64,000 nt of DNA from contig JADEYG010000002.1 in assembly GCA_016906335.1 (NCBI GenBank), forward strand, positions 1,240,001 to 1,304,000, read 5' to 3'. The translations under genes were made by a program, and so were the position numbers. Positions 28,319 through 40,639 of the stretch are shown in pieces. Positions within the stretch are counted from its first letter, which is position 1; each line of letters starts with the position of its first letter. This DNA is from Novakomyces olei (Eukaryota). Below the pieces are notes generated by a model. That model was not told where the DNA came from. It made no database searches and worked only from the letters and a program-made list of their open reading frames with translations.

Positions 28319-29492
28319 TTATGATTCCCATTGGCATTCGACCAGTTCTTCAGCGTACGTAAACCCATTTGTGTGTGGAGAGGCAGTGCAGTCGCGTAAG
28401 CAGCTAAACACCATTATCGTCCCCCACTCGGCCTCGTCAATGCCCAGCAGTGTGATGAGAAAGGGCATCAATTGCACTTCAAAGGCCCTCGGTCCTCGGC
28501 AATAAGGGCACTGCCGGGCGTCATGTACCCGCTTGGCAACACTGTCCTTGCCTGTGTACAGCAACGGAGTCCCTGCAAACTCGTAGCGAAGGCACTGTGT
28601 CGGGTTCGACTGCACTGTCTCACAAAACGCATTAAACCCTTTGTCCCAGTCTGCTTTTTCGTACTGTTCATTTGCCCAGTCTTGGCCAGCACTGCCGCCT
28701 GCATCACTATGCCTGGCAGAGGACTTGGCCGTTGTTTGTTTTGGATCTGTTTGCTTTGGCATTTTTTGCCTTTGATCTGTTTGCCTTGGAGCCTGGATCG
28801 TTTCCTCGCTATAGTAAATGTAGTACTCGTCAAACTGCTCAATGCTGCCAGAATGCGTCTCCCTCTCCAAATCTTGTTCTGTTTCTTGCCCCGCTTCCAC
28901 TCCCTTACTGCCCTCTGTGCCACTGCTCGCTTTCGTCTCCGTCGCCATAGTCCCTGCGCTTACTCGAGCATACGACTGTGCTCTCGAGAGCTCATCGTCC
29001 TGCCTGGCAACGAGACTTTGCAGTGACAATGGACCCCCAAAAATCGTGCCTTTGCCTCCGCCACTGTTCGCCAGCGAGAACGGGTTCCGTTGCTCTGCCG
29101 CCCGCTGCTCTGACGCTCGAGCGCTCTCTGCCAAAGACCGTCGGCCGTCCGTCTCCCTCATTGCCCGTACTGATCCCTGTTTCCTTTGGCACTGCTTCCT
29201 GCGGCACACCCATACGTACACGCACCTGTCATAATCGGCTCCAGTCAGAGGCGCATTTATTTGCACTAGAAGGCTCATGCACGAGCGGCAGTTTGCACAC
29301 TGCCAGGGCACGCTCGACCCTATTCGGCCCGGTCTTTTGCCCGCGAGCCATACCTTGTAGACACTCAGTACCGCCCGGCCAATCGTGTTTAAAACTTACT
29401 GGGTGGCCGCCAATACGGTCAATTGCCTCGCTGGCACTTTGCTCGGCCCGCCCGTCTGGGAAACCAAGAAGGACTTTGCGCCCTACAACCAT
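28319..29492 (-). CDS. TSR4: 20S rRNA accumulation protein Tsr4 (PDCD2/PDCD2L family), one intron
   Basis: VLLGFPD..RIGGHP|VWL, CANC..M.LLVQINAPL....YDR.VYVW.C; PDCD2_C motifs NPTQCLRYEF.G.PL, CPYC.GPR.FEVQLMP, EWGTIMVF.C..DC. Confidence 0.9.
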
Positions 29493-29506
29493 TCGGATTA
29501 AACAAA

Positions 29507-29671
29507 TTTATTTATTTATTTATTCATTTATTCATTTATTCATTTATTCATTTATTCATTTATTCATTTATTCATTTATTCATTTATTCATTTATTCATT
29601 TATTCATTTATTCATTTATTCATTTATTCATTTATTCATTTATTTATTTATTTATTTATTCATTTATTCAT

Positions 29672-29710
<39 letters not shown>

Positions 29711-29842
29711 TTCATTCATTCATTTATTCATTTATTCATTTATTCATTTATTCATTTATTCATTTATTCATTTATTCATTTATTCATTTATTCATTTATT
29801 CATTTATTCATTTATTCATTTATTCATTTATTCATTTATTAT
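29507..29842. repeat. Compound satellite (TTTATTCA)n/(TTTA)n, about 335 bp
   Basis: Read directly; begins about 15 bp upstream of the TSR4 ATG. Confidence 0.97.
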
Positions 29843-30107
29843 TTTTAATAGCGGTGGCTAATAATGCCGTTCTGCTACACAGCCTACGACACGATTATTG
29901 AACAATTATGGTGATTTGATGATACGAATGTATTGCGACGTTTACCAGTCATGTATACTTTGACTGATGATGTATACGGCAGACGATAGTACACGGCCTT
30001 TTTGTCTTTATATCTCTTTTCTTTCTTTCTTTTTTTCTTGTTTTAATTTTCTTTTGTGCTCGCATTAGACGCAATCAAAGATAATTGCTCCAGTCTGGCA
30101 CGAGTCT

Positions 30108-30701
30108 CTATTCGTCTTCCACAGCGGCAGCAGAGCGCAACGACGGGTAACTTTCAGGTCCGCCAGCCTCGAGATCCAGGTCGTTTGCTCCGGCCTCCAT
30201 AGCGGCGAATTTAGCCTGTCGCCGGCGCTGTAGGATTTTCTTATGTACCGCCACATTCACCATCAGGGCAAGTACAGAGCCGCCCACATTGGCAACGATA
30301 TCGAGCACATCAAAAGTGCGGTACTATAGGCATTAATGGTGTTCTATTAGATCTGCATTAAACACTTACAGGTAAAAGGCCCTGCACAAATTCAGAGCCG
30401 ACGCCGCCGACGAGCGTACACACGACTGCGGTAAATTGAAGAGCCTTTCGTCGGCCAACGTCAAATATCCAATAAAACAAGAGGGTTAATAGGAAAAATG
30501 CCACAAAATGTTGTGTTTTATCGGAGACGGGTAAGGCTGTCTCGTGGCCGAGACCCAAGTACAGGCTTAGAATTGCCACACTGTGTTTAGGAGTCAGTAA
30601 CAAAGTAACGGAATATTTACAAATTAGAGCGGAGACTCTGCGTGAAAAACTTACGGCACAAAACCTGCGACCACGCGAAAGCGTACGGCGACAGCTTCCA
30701 T
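30108..30701 (-). CDS. Small VanZ-like membrane protein, spliced
   Basis: SDKTQHFVAFFLLT.LFYWIFD, GGVGSEFVQGLLP|YRTFDVLDIVANVGGS match the fungal VanZ-domain pattern. Confidence 0.85.
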
Positions 30702-31459
30702 CTCATACTTAATAGCCGCCCTCTGAACTCACGATCCGCACCGATTAATGCATTTCGCTGTCCCGCGCTTATTTACTCTAGTCTGGAAATAGTGTCTCAA
30801 AAGTCACGTGCTTTGCTAAATTTAACGCACATTAACCTTACTCACTGACCAGTGTATATTTAGGGTTAGGGTTTTGCTTTGGCTTTTGCTGTTACAGACT
30901 TGCAGTCCTGATGTGAAGCGGCAAGGCACTTTGGGCTTGCACTCTTGCCTTGGTATAATTTTAGATTACCGCGTTTTGAGCTGTTGGGTTTATGATGTGA
31001 ATCTTTGATTGGGGAAGACCTTCCTTTTTCTTCCCGTATCACTCTTTTGCACAAGATCAGCTCTAGTTAGGTTTAAACAGGCCCATTTAATTTATTTGTT
31101 CGCACTGGACCATCTTTTACTTTCACAATCCTGCCTCGTACGATTCTCATGTGCTACGAGTGTTTGCTTTCTTCGACACGATCGATATTTCATGTATTAC
31201 ACGCATAAATTTGGGTTAGTATGGGTTTGTATCAAATACCAACTGTAATCCTGTCAAAGGCTATTTTAATCTAGAAAGTAAACTGTTTTCTGGGGACATG
31301 TATAAATCTCAGAATAAATATATATCGACATATGTATACACGCTTGTTCTCCTTTACAAAGAATAGCGAAGCGGTGACACGCATACAAATACAAAAGCTA
31401 CCGATAAAAGTCGCTGCACGATCCCACCCGGTAATTTGTACTTAGTTTTACCCGAAAAT

Positions 31460-33157
31460 TTACATGATGAATACTAGCTTGTTAGCAAGCTTAGGTAAGC
31501 TATTAATCTTACAAAGATTGGTGTCAATAGGGTGACTGCTCGAAAGTTGTGGCTATAGCGAATTAGTATACGCTTGGAGTTGAAAAACCATACCTTTTGC
31601 GAGTACGAAGTGAGTTCCTGTCGAATGCTATTGAGCAAATTTACGTAGCTTTGCTGCGGGTTTTTCAATAGTCTAAAACGTGAGCCGTGAAAGATTGAAA
31701 AGAAACGGTCAAGTAAACAAAGCCATCATAAACTTACGCAGTGCGAAAAGCGTAGCTCATGGCTCCTGTGGCCTGGCCGCCCATGCTAGTATCAGCACTG
31801 GTTTGAGAGTCTTTGCATCCACTAAAACTAATAACATCAGCTGGACTCGTGCGGGTAGCAATAGTGCGCTGTCTTGCTCCCGAATTGCGATTTGTGAGAC
31901 TGTTAAAGACAGACGAGGCACTGCTGAATATCCCAGAAAGATCTCCACGCATATAACTCATACCGGCACTTAGCAGACCACTGCCAGCTTCCTTCATAAG
32001 ATTGGGCTCCTTGAGCACGCCTTGAGTCGAGTACATGTAGGGCAAATCTAGAGCAGATCCAGAATGGCAGCTATCAAAAATTGCTGTAATACGGCAGCCA
32101 GGCGGAAGCGGCCGCACCATAATCCAGTGCATTTCATCGTCAACAATTTCACCAGCTTGTTTGTAGTCCACTGGCACTATTGTTTCATCGTATCCATCAT
32201 CCTCATCGCCATCAAGGTCTCTTGTTCGGCTGCCATGGCCAGAATAATGGAAGAATAACGAGTCCTATTGCGTTAAACGATCGAATCGTACATTGCAAGC
32301 AAAAAAAAAAAATAAAAATAAAAAGAAATAAATAATTAAATAAATAAACAAATAAACAAATAAATAAATAAATAAATAAAATAATAATAATTATGTTAGC
32401 TCAAACAACTACAGAATAGATTTTACAATTAATACATAGGCAAAATAAAAACAGTGTAGGCGGTGCCGCCACAAAAATAGGACAGCACGAACCGACTTAC
32501 ATTAGGTTGAGCATCTCTGACGAGCCAATTCATGGCCTGAATCATGTTTGCCCTTGTAGGAATCCCGCGTGGATTAGACTGATCGTCTGTGAGAACGACC
32601 ATATCGTCCGGCGCATAGCCATAACGTTCTTGCTCAATTAGCCACTGCTTGGCATTTTCCACAATGATTAAATCAGCTTACGACTCAAAAACGAGCTCAT
32701 GTTATGCACGTCATTGATGCATCCACGGAGCTCACTGCTTGTTCCAAAATAATTGATTCCGATCAAAAGAGCCTTGCGCCGACCCGAGCAATTTGAGTAC
32801 TGGAAATTATAATTTTGTACTTGTCCACTAAACTGTTGTGGAGCCGTGGGCGGCGCATGTGGCGCACCGTACCCCGAAGAATTGTACCCATAAGAGCCCA
32901 TATTTGGTGGAGGGCCCTGTGGTGCAGCATATTGAGGTCGGGAGCCGTAGTTTGCTGACGGTGGCAGTTAGTACAGAAGCTTCTATCAAAAAATGAACAA
33001 ATAAAACCGTACGTGGAGGCGGCTGTTGTGGTGGCTGATAGCCTGGCTGATAGCCTGGCTGATAGCCTGGCTGATAGCCTCCTCCGTTCATTGGACCGTA
33101 TCCCTGCTCAGGCCGGCCTTGAGGCATATGGTAGTAGTTTGAGCCGGGGTACGCCAT
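31460..33157 (-). CDS. MCA1: Type I metacaspase, multi-exon
   Basis: Q/P/G/Y-rich prodomain; [25 protein letters not shown]; catalytic HYSGHG and [18 protein letters not shown]; terminal [13 protein letters not shown]. Confidence 0.95.
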
Positions 33158-33262
33158 CTTCACGGACGGCGCAGATCAGGTACCCCGGAATAATAGCAGC
33201 CACGCAATTATTATGGCTGTCAGCAGCCACAGGCTTAAATACGTCTTATTGTAAAATACCAA

Positions 33263-33312
33263 AGGGTTAGGGTTAGCCAGGATTAGAAGAAGTCAGGGCT
33301 AGTTAGGGTTAG
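33263..33312. promoter_or_regulatory. Telo-box cluster (AGGGTTAGGGTTAG ... TTAGGGTTAG) in the MCA1/SLD1 divergent promoter
   Basis: Read directly in a 243-bp divergent intergenic region; function inferred. Confidence 0.55.
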
Positions 33313-33400
33313 TATACAAGCATGTAATGCAAGCGCCATAAAAGTTGTAATTTATTTCGGATTAAATATTCAGCCTCGTGCTGCCCTGGATTAGCGCGCC

Positions 33401-35219
33401 ATGAAGCAGTTTACGCGTCAGGAAATCCTGGCATTGATAGACGAGGGCAATTGTGTCGTTCTATATGGCAAAAGTGTTTTGAAATTGAACTCGTGGCTAT
33501 CGCGCCACCCTGGTGGAGGTAATAGATCACACTTACTCGCGGCCTCTAACCCAAACAGACAAGATCCTGCTCCACATGGTAGGCAAGAATGCAAAAGAAG
33601 AAATTGATCGGTAAGCAAGCCGGGCTCGTAAGCAAGCTGGGCTCCCGTCAGGTTCAGTCTGAGTCTGCTCAATTATTATTTTATTAATATTTTATTAATA
33701 TTTTATTAATATTTTATTAATATTTTATTATTATTTTATTATTATTTTTATAATATTTTATTAATATTTTATTAATATTTATTTTATTTTATTTTATTAT
33801 TTTTATTCTATTATTTATTATATTATTATTATTCAGTATCTGACTTGAAGGTGCCATTCGGAGGAGACGAAACGCACAGTGTCGCGATTCCGGATAGGCA
33901 CGTTTTCCGGCGGCGAATGGGTCAATGTAGTCCCGCCAATTCAGCGTGGCGACGCTGCCAAAGTGCCGCAAGTCTGCCCTACTCCCTCGGCGACAGTTGA
34001 GGAGCTTGAAGTTTTGCAATCGGTGCAGACGACTCGGTCAGACACGCCATTGACGGCGCTCGAGATTGACGAGATTCTCTACGATCTGCGCAAGTACCCA
34101 TCGCTGGACGCGGGCACTCAAGCCAGAATTGTGCAAGAGTATGAGCGGATGATTGAGCAGATAACAAGTGCGGGGCTCTACAAGTGCAATTACTGGGCCT
34201 ATGGGCGCGAGTGTGTACGGTACGCGATCCTTTTCGCTTTTAGTATGTTTGCTCTCCGGCAGCAGTGGTATATTTCGTCCGCCTTCTTCCTGGGACTCTT
34301 TTGGCACCAGGTGACGTTTCTCGTACACGATGCAGCTCACATTGAGCTGACACACGACTACTTTTGGGACAGCCTGCTGAGCTCAGTGATCGCCAGCTTT
34401 GTCGGGGGTCTTAGTGCGCAATGGTGGAAACGCAACCATAATATCCACCACGTGGTAACTAACCAGCCGGAACACGATCCTGATATCCAGCACTTGCCCT
34501 TGTTTGCCGTTTCCCCTCGGCTGCTCCAGTCTGTCCGGTCAACTTATTATGAAAAGGTGCTGGCCTTTGACGTTGTTGCAAGGCTTATGATTTCCCTGCA
34601 AACAGTCACATACTACCCCATAATGTGCCTCGCACGGTTCAACTTGTACCGCCTGTCCTACGACCATCTCGTGATGCGCAGAGGGCCACAGTCAGGCACC
34701 TGCTTTTGGCTGCAGGTATTGGAAATGCTCCTGATCCCGCTTTACTGGTACTGGTACGGGTACCTGCTCGTTTACAAAAGCGTGCCAGCCGGGTTTTACA
34801 GGTTCGCTTACGTTATGATTACACACATTGTAACCATGCCATTGCACGTGCAAATCACACTTTCACACTTTGCCATGTCCACAGCTGACTTGGGCCCTAA
34901 TGAAAGCTTCCCTCAGCGTCAATTGCGCACAACAATGGACGTTGACTGCCCTGAATGGCTTGATTTCATTCATGGCGGGCTGCAGTTCCAGGCGATTCAC
35001 CACCTGTTTCCTCGACTGCCACGGCACAACCTTCGAGCCTGCCAGCCTTACGTTCGCGAGTTTGCTGAACGTACAGGGCTGGAGTACAAGACGTACCAGT
35101 TCATGGAGGGCAATCAAGTCGTGATTTCCAGGCTGGGGCAGATTTCTCAGCAGGCGAAACTGATGAATGAGTGTATGAAGCATATTGTATCTGGTACATT
35201 GGAGAAACCGGTAAAGTAA
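33401..35219 (+). CDS. SLD1: Cytochrome b5-fused front-end desaturase, most likely delta8-sphingolipid desaturase; two introns
   Basis: HPGG heme motif; W.N.VPPIQ.G; His boxes HDAAH, HNIHH, QAIHH; HVQITLSHFAMST. Confidence 0.9.
33672..33833. repeat. Intronic A/T-only 11-bp-period repeat (ATATTTTATTA)n
   Basis: Read directly in SLD1 intron 2 (33611-33850). Confidence 0.88.
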
Positions 35220-35726
35220 AATCTGCAAAGGCAAGTTGGATTAGACTAGGTTAGAATGTTTGGCAGCAATAGGTATTGGGTATAGAGTACGAGATATAGA
35301 ATTTGACAAGGTGCACAACGTTTTAATCTTTTCCAAGAGCTATTCTGTTTATAATCAGGTGCCTGTTTATAATCACGTGCAAGGCGGACGGAAACCACTT
35401 GCCAAGAATTTAAAGATGTGAGGGTATGAATGAAATAGTAAAGCTTCATTTATTGGTACTATATAGACAAGGTCTAGCGTACTGCTCGAAGCCTATTCGA
35501 CGCCGAGGTATTACTCGCACAGAGCTGCCGGGTTTGTAGACGTTGAGATACAAAGGTTCGTCCTGACCCAAGGCATTGAATATATGAAACGGACTTGAAA
35601 AAGATGATTCAAGAATTTATTAGGAAAATGAGAGAAAAAGGAGAGAGGAAAAAAAAGAGGGTAATAATAGAGGATAAAAAAGGGAGAGAAAAAAATTTAA
35701 AAAAATAAAAGCAAATTTAATGTCCA

Positions 35727-38700
35727 TCACTGAAAGTACTTGGCTGCAGCAGCTTGCTGTTCAGCAGGAACATGCTGCATTGCTGTCTGTATCTGTTCTG
35801 GAGACAGAGAGGCCATGAAATGCCTGGTTGCAGTGACCAATCGATCCAGCGTTTTTTCCGTCAAAATTTCTGCCTCCAGTACGGCGGTTACTGCACTGAA
35901 AACAAGGGGAACTTGGCTCGTAACAGCAGCGTTATTCGTTTCCATCAACTCTGCCAAAAACATGTAAGCGTAGGGTGCATCAGTGTCGTCGTTTGTGACT
36001 GGGAGTGTCTTGATCCAGTGCTGTACAGCTACCGCCAAGTCAGCAATCTTTGAAGGGTTAAATCGGCAGATTTTGGCGATAGCAATACAAGCGTTTTCAG
36101 TGGCATAAATGTTATCCTCGTCCCGAGCTTGAGGGTCTTCAAATATGTGGAAAAGCCGGGGTAAAGCGGCTGCACATGTCTCTGCGTAGATCGGCCCGCC
36201 GTGCTGGCCAGCGGCTCCAAAGCCATAGGCGGCAGCCTGCCTTACCTCGGCAGACTCACTGGGCGATAGCCCGTTTGCCAATGGTCCGAGTATTAAATCC
36301 TTATAGTTGAACGACTCTGGACTGCAAAACTCTACGACATCATCAAAAGCGCAGAGGACCCACTGCCTGAAATTGGCATCGTTTGTGGAAAGAAGGCCCT
36401 GGAAAACGGGTACAAGTTGTTCCCAGGCCGGAAGGAACGCGGTCCTTGTCAGCTGGAAAACGGAGTGGATCGTCTTGTTGATCTCACTTAGCAAATGCTC
36501 ATCCGTCTCTATCTCCTCTATCGTCTCCTCGTCTTCCTCAAGGTCAATCTCCCCAGAGGCAGCCTGCTGGACTCGTGTCTCGTACCGCTTAACCGTGTCC
36601 TTGACCTGAGACTCTATCAGCGAAACCAGTGTTCTCATATGACTCGCATCAAGAGCCTGTGGACCCACAACTTGCACACTCTCGTAAAATCGCTGGAAGA
36701 ATTGAGCGCTCAATTCTGGACTCGGTTCAACCGCTAATACGTCAAAGAACTTGGCCAGTATCGGCTGCCACAGCGCCAGGAGGGACGTTGGATCTTGCGG
36801 GTGAGCGGATTTATGAGCGTTCAAGAGCAATGGAATGCAAGTAGCCGAAGCAGTCCTCACTCCGTCGTGGAAATAGAACCTTAGGCCGGGAATAGCAATC
36901 TCGGTAAGGATCTGGCCCACGTACGGATCGAAATCTTGCTTAAGCTCAGACGCATAGCAAACCAGCATCTCTATTGCCGTGCACTTGTCCTCCAGCACAC
37001 TCGTCCTTATCCCAATCTGCTGGCCGTGCAGCGGGATAAAGTCCCAGCCTTCTTCCTGTAAGTACTTGTCCTTGTCCGAATCCTCATCGATGATTGTAAA
37101 ATCGGGTTTGGCCTTGGCCAGCTCCAGCAATGGCGGCATTACCGCAGGCAGAACAGGCACAAAATCTCGGCCTAGAATGCGACAGATTCTGCCCCAGGCA
37201 GCAATCAAGTAGCTTGCCTGCAAATCATCTGCGTCCTTGATAGACATCTGTATATTGCCCAACGTCTGTATCATCGCCTGAGCGTCTGGGGAGAACTGGT
37301 CTTTGCCTACCGCCAGAGCAATCAGTGTAGCACACTCTATCGTCTTGCCCCGAAGTAATCGGTACTCCTTGGTGCTCTCCTGCCTCAAAACGTTCATTAA
37401 CAGAGGCATAATTGCACTATAGTACTTTGAAAACTTGGATTCTGCAGCGTCTGCCACTGTGGCTATCGTCGTTACCGCCTGCTCCTGCACGTATTTCTTG
37501 CCGCTCTGAAGGAGGGCTAAAAGCTTCTCTAGCAGCGCATCCAAATACGGTTCCAGTACTTTGTTGTCTGCCTCCTCTGCAAAATTGACACAGGCAGCTG
37601 CCGCATGAGCCTGTACACGGGCCTCGGGGGAATCTAGCACAGGGATGAGAGCGCTTAGCACTTGATTATGGTACTTGCACTGTAAATCATCAGCAAAATC
37701 TGTGCTCATTTGGCCAACTGCATTAGCCGCAGCCCAGCGGACACGGGGGTGAGGGTCTCGCAGTAGTGGGAGCACCATATCCAAGACCCGACCTAATTCT
37801 GCCCGCATAAGCTTTTCACAGCCCTCTGCTATATTGCTGATGGCCATTAGGGCAGCATGTCTTTGCTTCCAGTTCGGAGAAGACAGCATTTGAGGGAGAT
37901 GAGCAAAGGCAGCCGGAAGGACTGTCTTGCCTCCCAATTTCCGTGCTAACCGGTCCAGTGCTTGCTCTGCCGCCACATGGTTTTCATCGCTATCATCAGT
38001 GTCCAGGTCCTCGGCATTAAGCCACTCTTCCAGCTCTTCAGCGTCAGCTTGAGGATCAGTGCCACCCACTTCAGTCATCAGCTCGAGACAGCTGTACACT
38101 ATATCGTTTGCGTAGCTCCCGTCCTTTCGACACATTGTGGGGACGCCTTCGCTAAAAGTTACAAGAAGCTCCAGGGCTGCCTGGCGTACACTGTTTTCCA
38201 GCGCTGTGTCCCTGATAACTGCCAATCCGAATTGCACAATGCTAGTGAAAAAGGGTTTAAACAGCTTGGGATGCTCCTCTGCTACTTCTGTCAGTGCCAT
38301 CAGACTGCTGCTCAAATCTTCGTTTTCCCGACCGTCTTTTAGGGGTGGTAGTACATTCAGCATTTGTGGGACTAGCGAGGCCATGCTGCTACGGCCGGCC
38401 GCATCGGCCTGCTGCAAGTATCCACAACACGCTATAAGCGCAGCTACCTTGACCAGTCTTTGAGAGTCTTCCAAGCCATTGGAGAATACGGACTTTAGTT
38501 GTAAGCCATACTGTTTGCCAATGATATTCGGGATCGCAGTAAACACTCGGAAAGCGGACTCGCGGTGATGCGGTTCTGGCGATTTGCTGGCCTCAAGAAG
38601 AGCCGGTAATAGCTCTGGCCACGGATCTAAAAATTAATAAACACTTTTCAGACACTTGAAATTTTTAAAGTTGTTTGTAAGAATAAGAGTCAGCCATTGG

Positions 38701-39253
38701 CTGTGCTGGAGGGAATATGGGTATAGAGCAATACGGATCCGTATAAAGAAATAGATAAATGAACAAAATTTTTTAAAAGAATCAGTATGCTTACTCTGTC
38801 CATCAGAGGCACCTTCGAGCAGGTAACGCGCAATTTCTGCCAGTGCGTCACAAATTTTATTGCGCACAGGTGTAGTTGGTTCTAAAGCAAACCCTTGCAA
38901 CAAAAGTGACTGAACCCGTGCTGCTGACTCTGGAGTAAGAACGTCCCAAACCAACTTTTCTTCGTTTTGTGTTGAAGTACGGAAAGCAATACGGCGAATG
39001 AGCACTGTTGCCAAACTTCGAATCTGATCAATGTCAGAAAATAAATTGAATATTGAAGAAATGCTCTTACCACGGGATCAGGATTCATATGAGACTGAGC
39101 AGCTAGGCCGACCAGAAGCAGATCTGGACGCTGCGCGATCCATTCCTGCTCTAAGGAAGTTTCTGCTGCCGTTCGCAGATTATTGTCAGTAGCCGTGAGT
39201 GACTGTAGAAGCGCCTGCAGCGCATTTTGCTGTTCCGGAGAAAGATCTGACAT
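35727..39253 (-). CDS. PSE1: Importin beta-3/karyopherin Pse1 (Kap121/Sal3), spliced
   Basis: HEAT repeats; EQALDRLARKLGG, RHAALMAISNIAEG, DPHPRVRWAA.NAVGQMSTDF, LLRGKTIECATLI, GIRTSVLEDKC, YATENAC. Confidence 0.95.
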
Positions 39254-39500
39254 TTGCGAGAAATATAAAGGGGAGAGCAAACGAGAACACCTAAACTCGG
39301 GGCCAAATAAATTTTAAGCCCAATTGGCCCCAACTTCTAGCAGAGTCGTCCGCGCCTCGAAGTATGAGCTTTTGCGTCCAATGTTGGGGGTTTATTTTAT
39401 TATTTTTAGTTGTGTGATATAGAATCTGTTACAGTATTTTTGTTTTTAACTTAATCATGCTTGTATATATATATTTATAATAAAATAATAATAATAATAA

Positions 39501-39531
<31 letters not shown>

Positions 39532-40065
39532 TTTTTGGTTTTTATTTTGGTGTGCTTTTACCAAAGAGCACGTACTAATAATAATTCTTTTTTCTTTGCG
39601 ATTTATTAATTTCATTCATCGGTTATGATATTATTGTTCACTTATTCGTTTTGTCCTTTGGCTTGTCAGATGGAAGATCGACTAGATTGGCCCAAAAGTG
39701 ACGTTTGATAGGGCAAAACGTCGGATTTTTCACTTCGTCCGTTAGAACCTAATATTATAGCAACTTGAAGCAGCTACTAATCTTCTTTTTATCTATACTA
39801 CCACCAGACTTCCACAAATTCTCGTTCTAAAATAATATAGAGTTCAATGTTAAACATGTGGCGCATTAGATCATTTGTAGCGTGAGAAGACTCAAAAGTT
39901 GAGCAAAACTTTTCATCTGCTGTGATCAACCTTTTTCTCCAAGGCCGTAGTTGACTAACATCTACTTTTAGCCCTTCAAACTCCCTGAAAATACTAATTA
40001 ATTATAGACTAATTAAAAAATATATATATAACAAAATATAGGCAAGACGCCTTGGCCTTGCGCGA

Positions 40066-40569
40066 ATGGATCCTGAATCTCGCGATAAACAGCAGGCACC
40101 GGCTGACATAAACCCTACTGACAATGCCTTACAATTAGACAAAACAGAGTCAATACTCGGCATATTATCTGACGTAAGGAATCTATTATTTGGAGTACAC
40201 TAACGCCAAAAGTCGATCAGCTCTGAATCATTTCGCACATTTTGGCACAGTGCCTGCTGGCGTGAATCTGTAAAGACAGGTGGTACTGTCGGTCTGGCTA
40301 TTGGTGCTTTTAGAGCATTCAGAAAAGGTATACTTTTAGTAATAGTACTGTATTGTGATCTAATGATTCTAGCACCGGCCTTCTCGGTAATGAACTGGGC
40401 CTTTTTCTCCACATTTGCAGCAACCGTGATTACGTGGGAAGGTTGTAATGCCAGGCAAAAACAGGATCGCACACAAAAGTTTAAAGTATTAATTGATGAG
40501 GAAATCAAATCGCTGCCAAAACGAAGAAAGCCGAGTGACCGTGAGTTCACGAGCGACCAGTCGGCATAA
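40066..40569 (+). CDS. COX20: Cox20-like cytochrome oxidase chaperone, three exons
   Basis: Spliced product contains CWRES..G...GLAIGA and NWAF..F......WEGC; canonical short introns keep the frame. Confidence 0.72.
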
Positions 40570-40639
40570 TTACGAGTCTACTAAAAAGAAAATATATTTT
40601 TAGATGAGAAACTAAACATACAAAACAACATGAGCATCA

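Noticed and set aside
29917..29967. TGATGA...CTGA as a C/D snoRNA
   Set aside because: Only about 50 nt, no terminal stem and no recognisable rRNA guide
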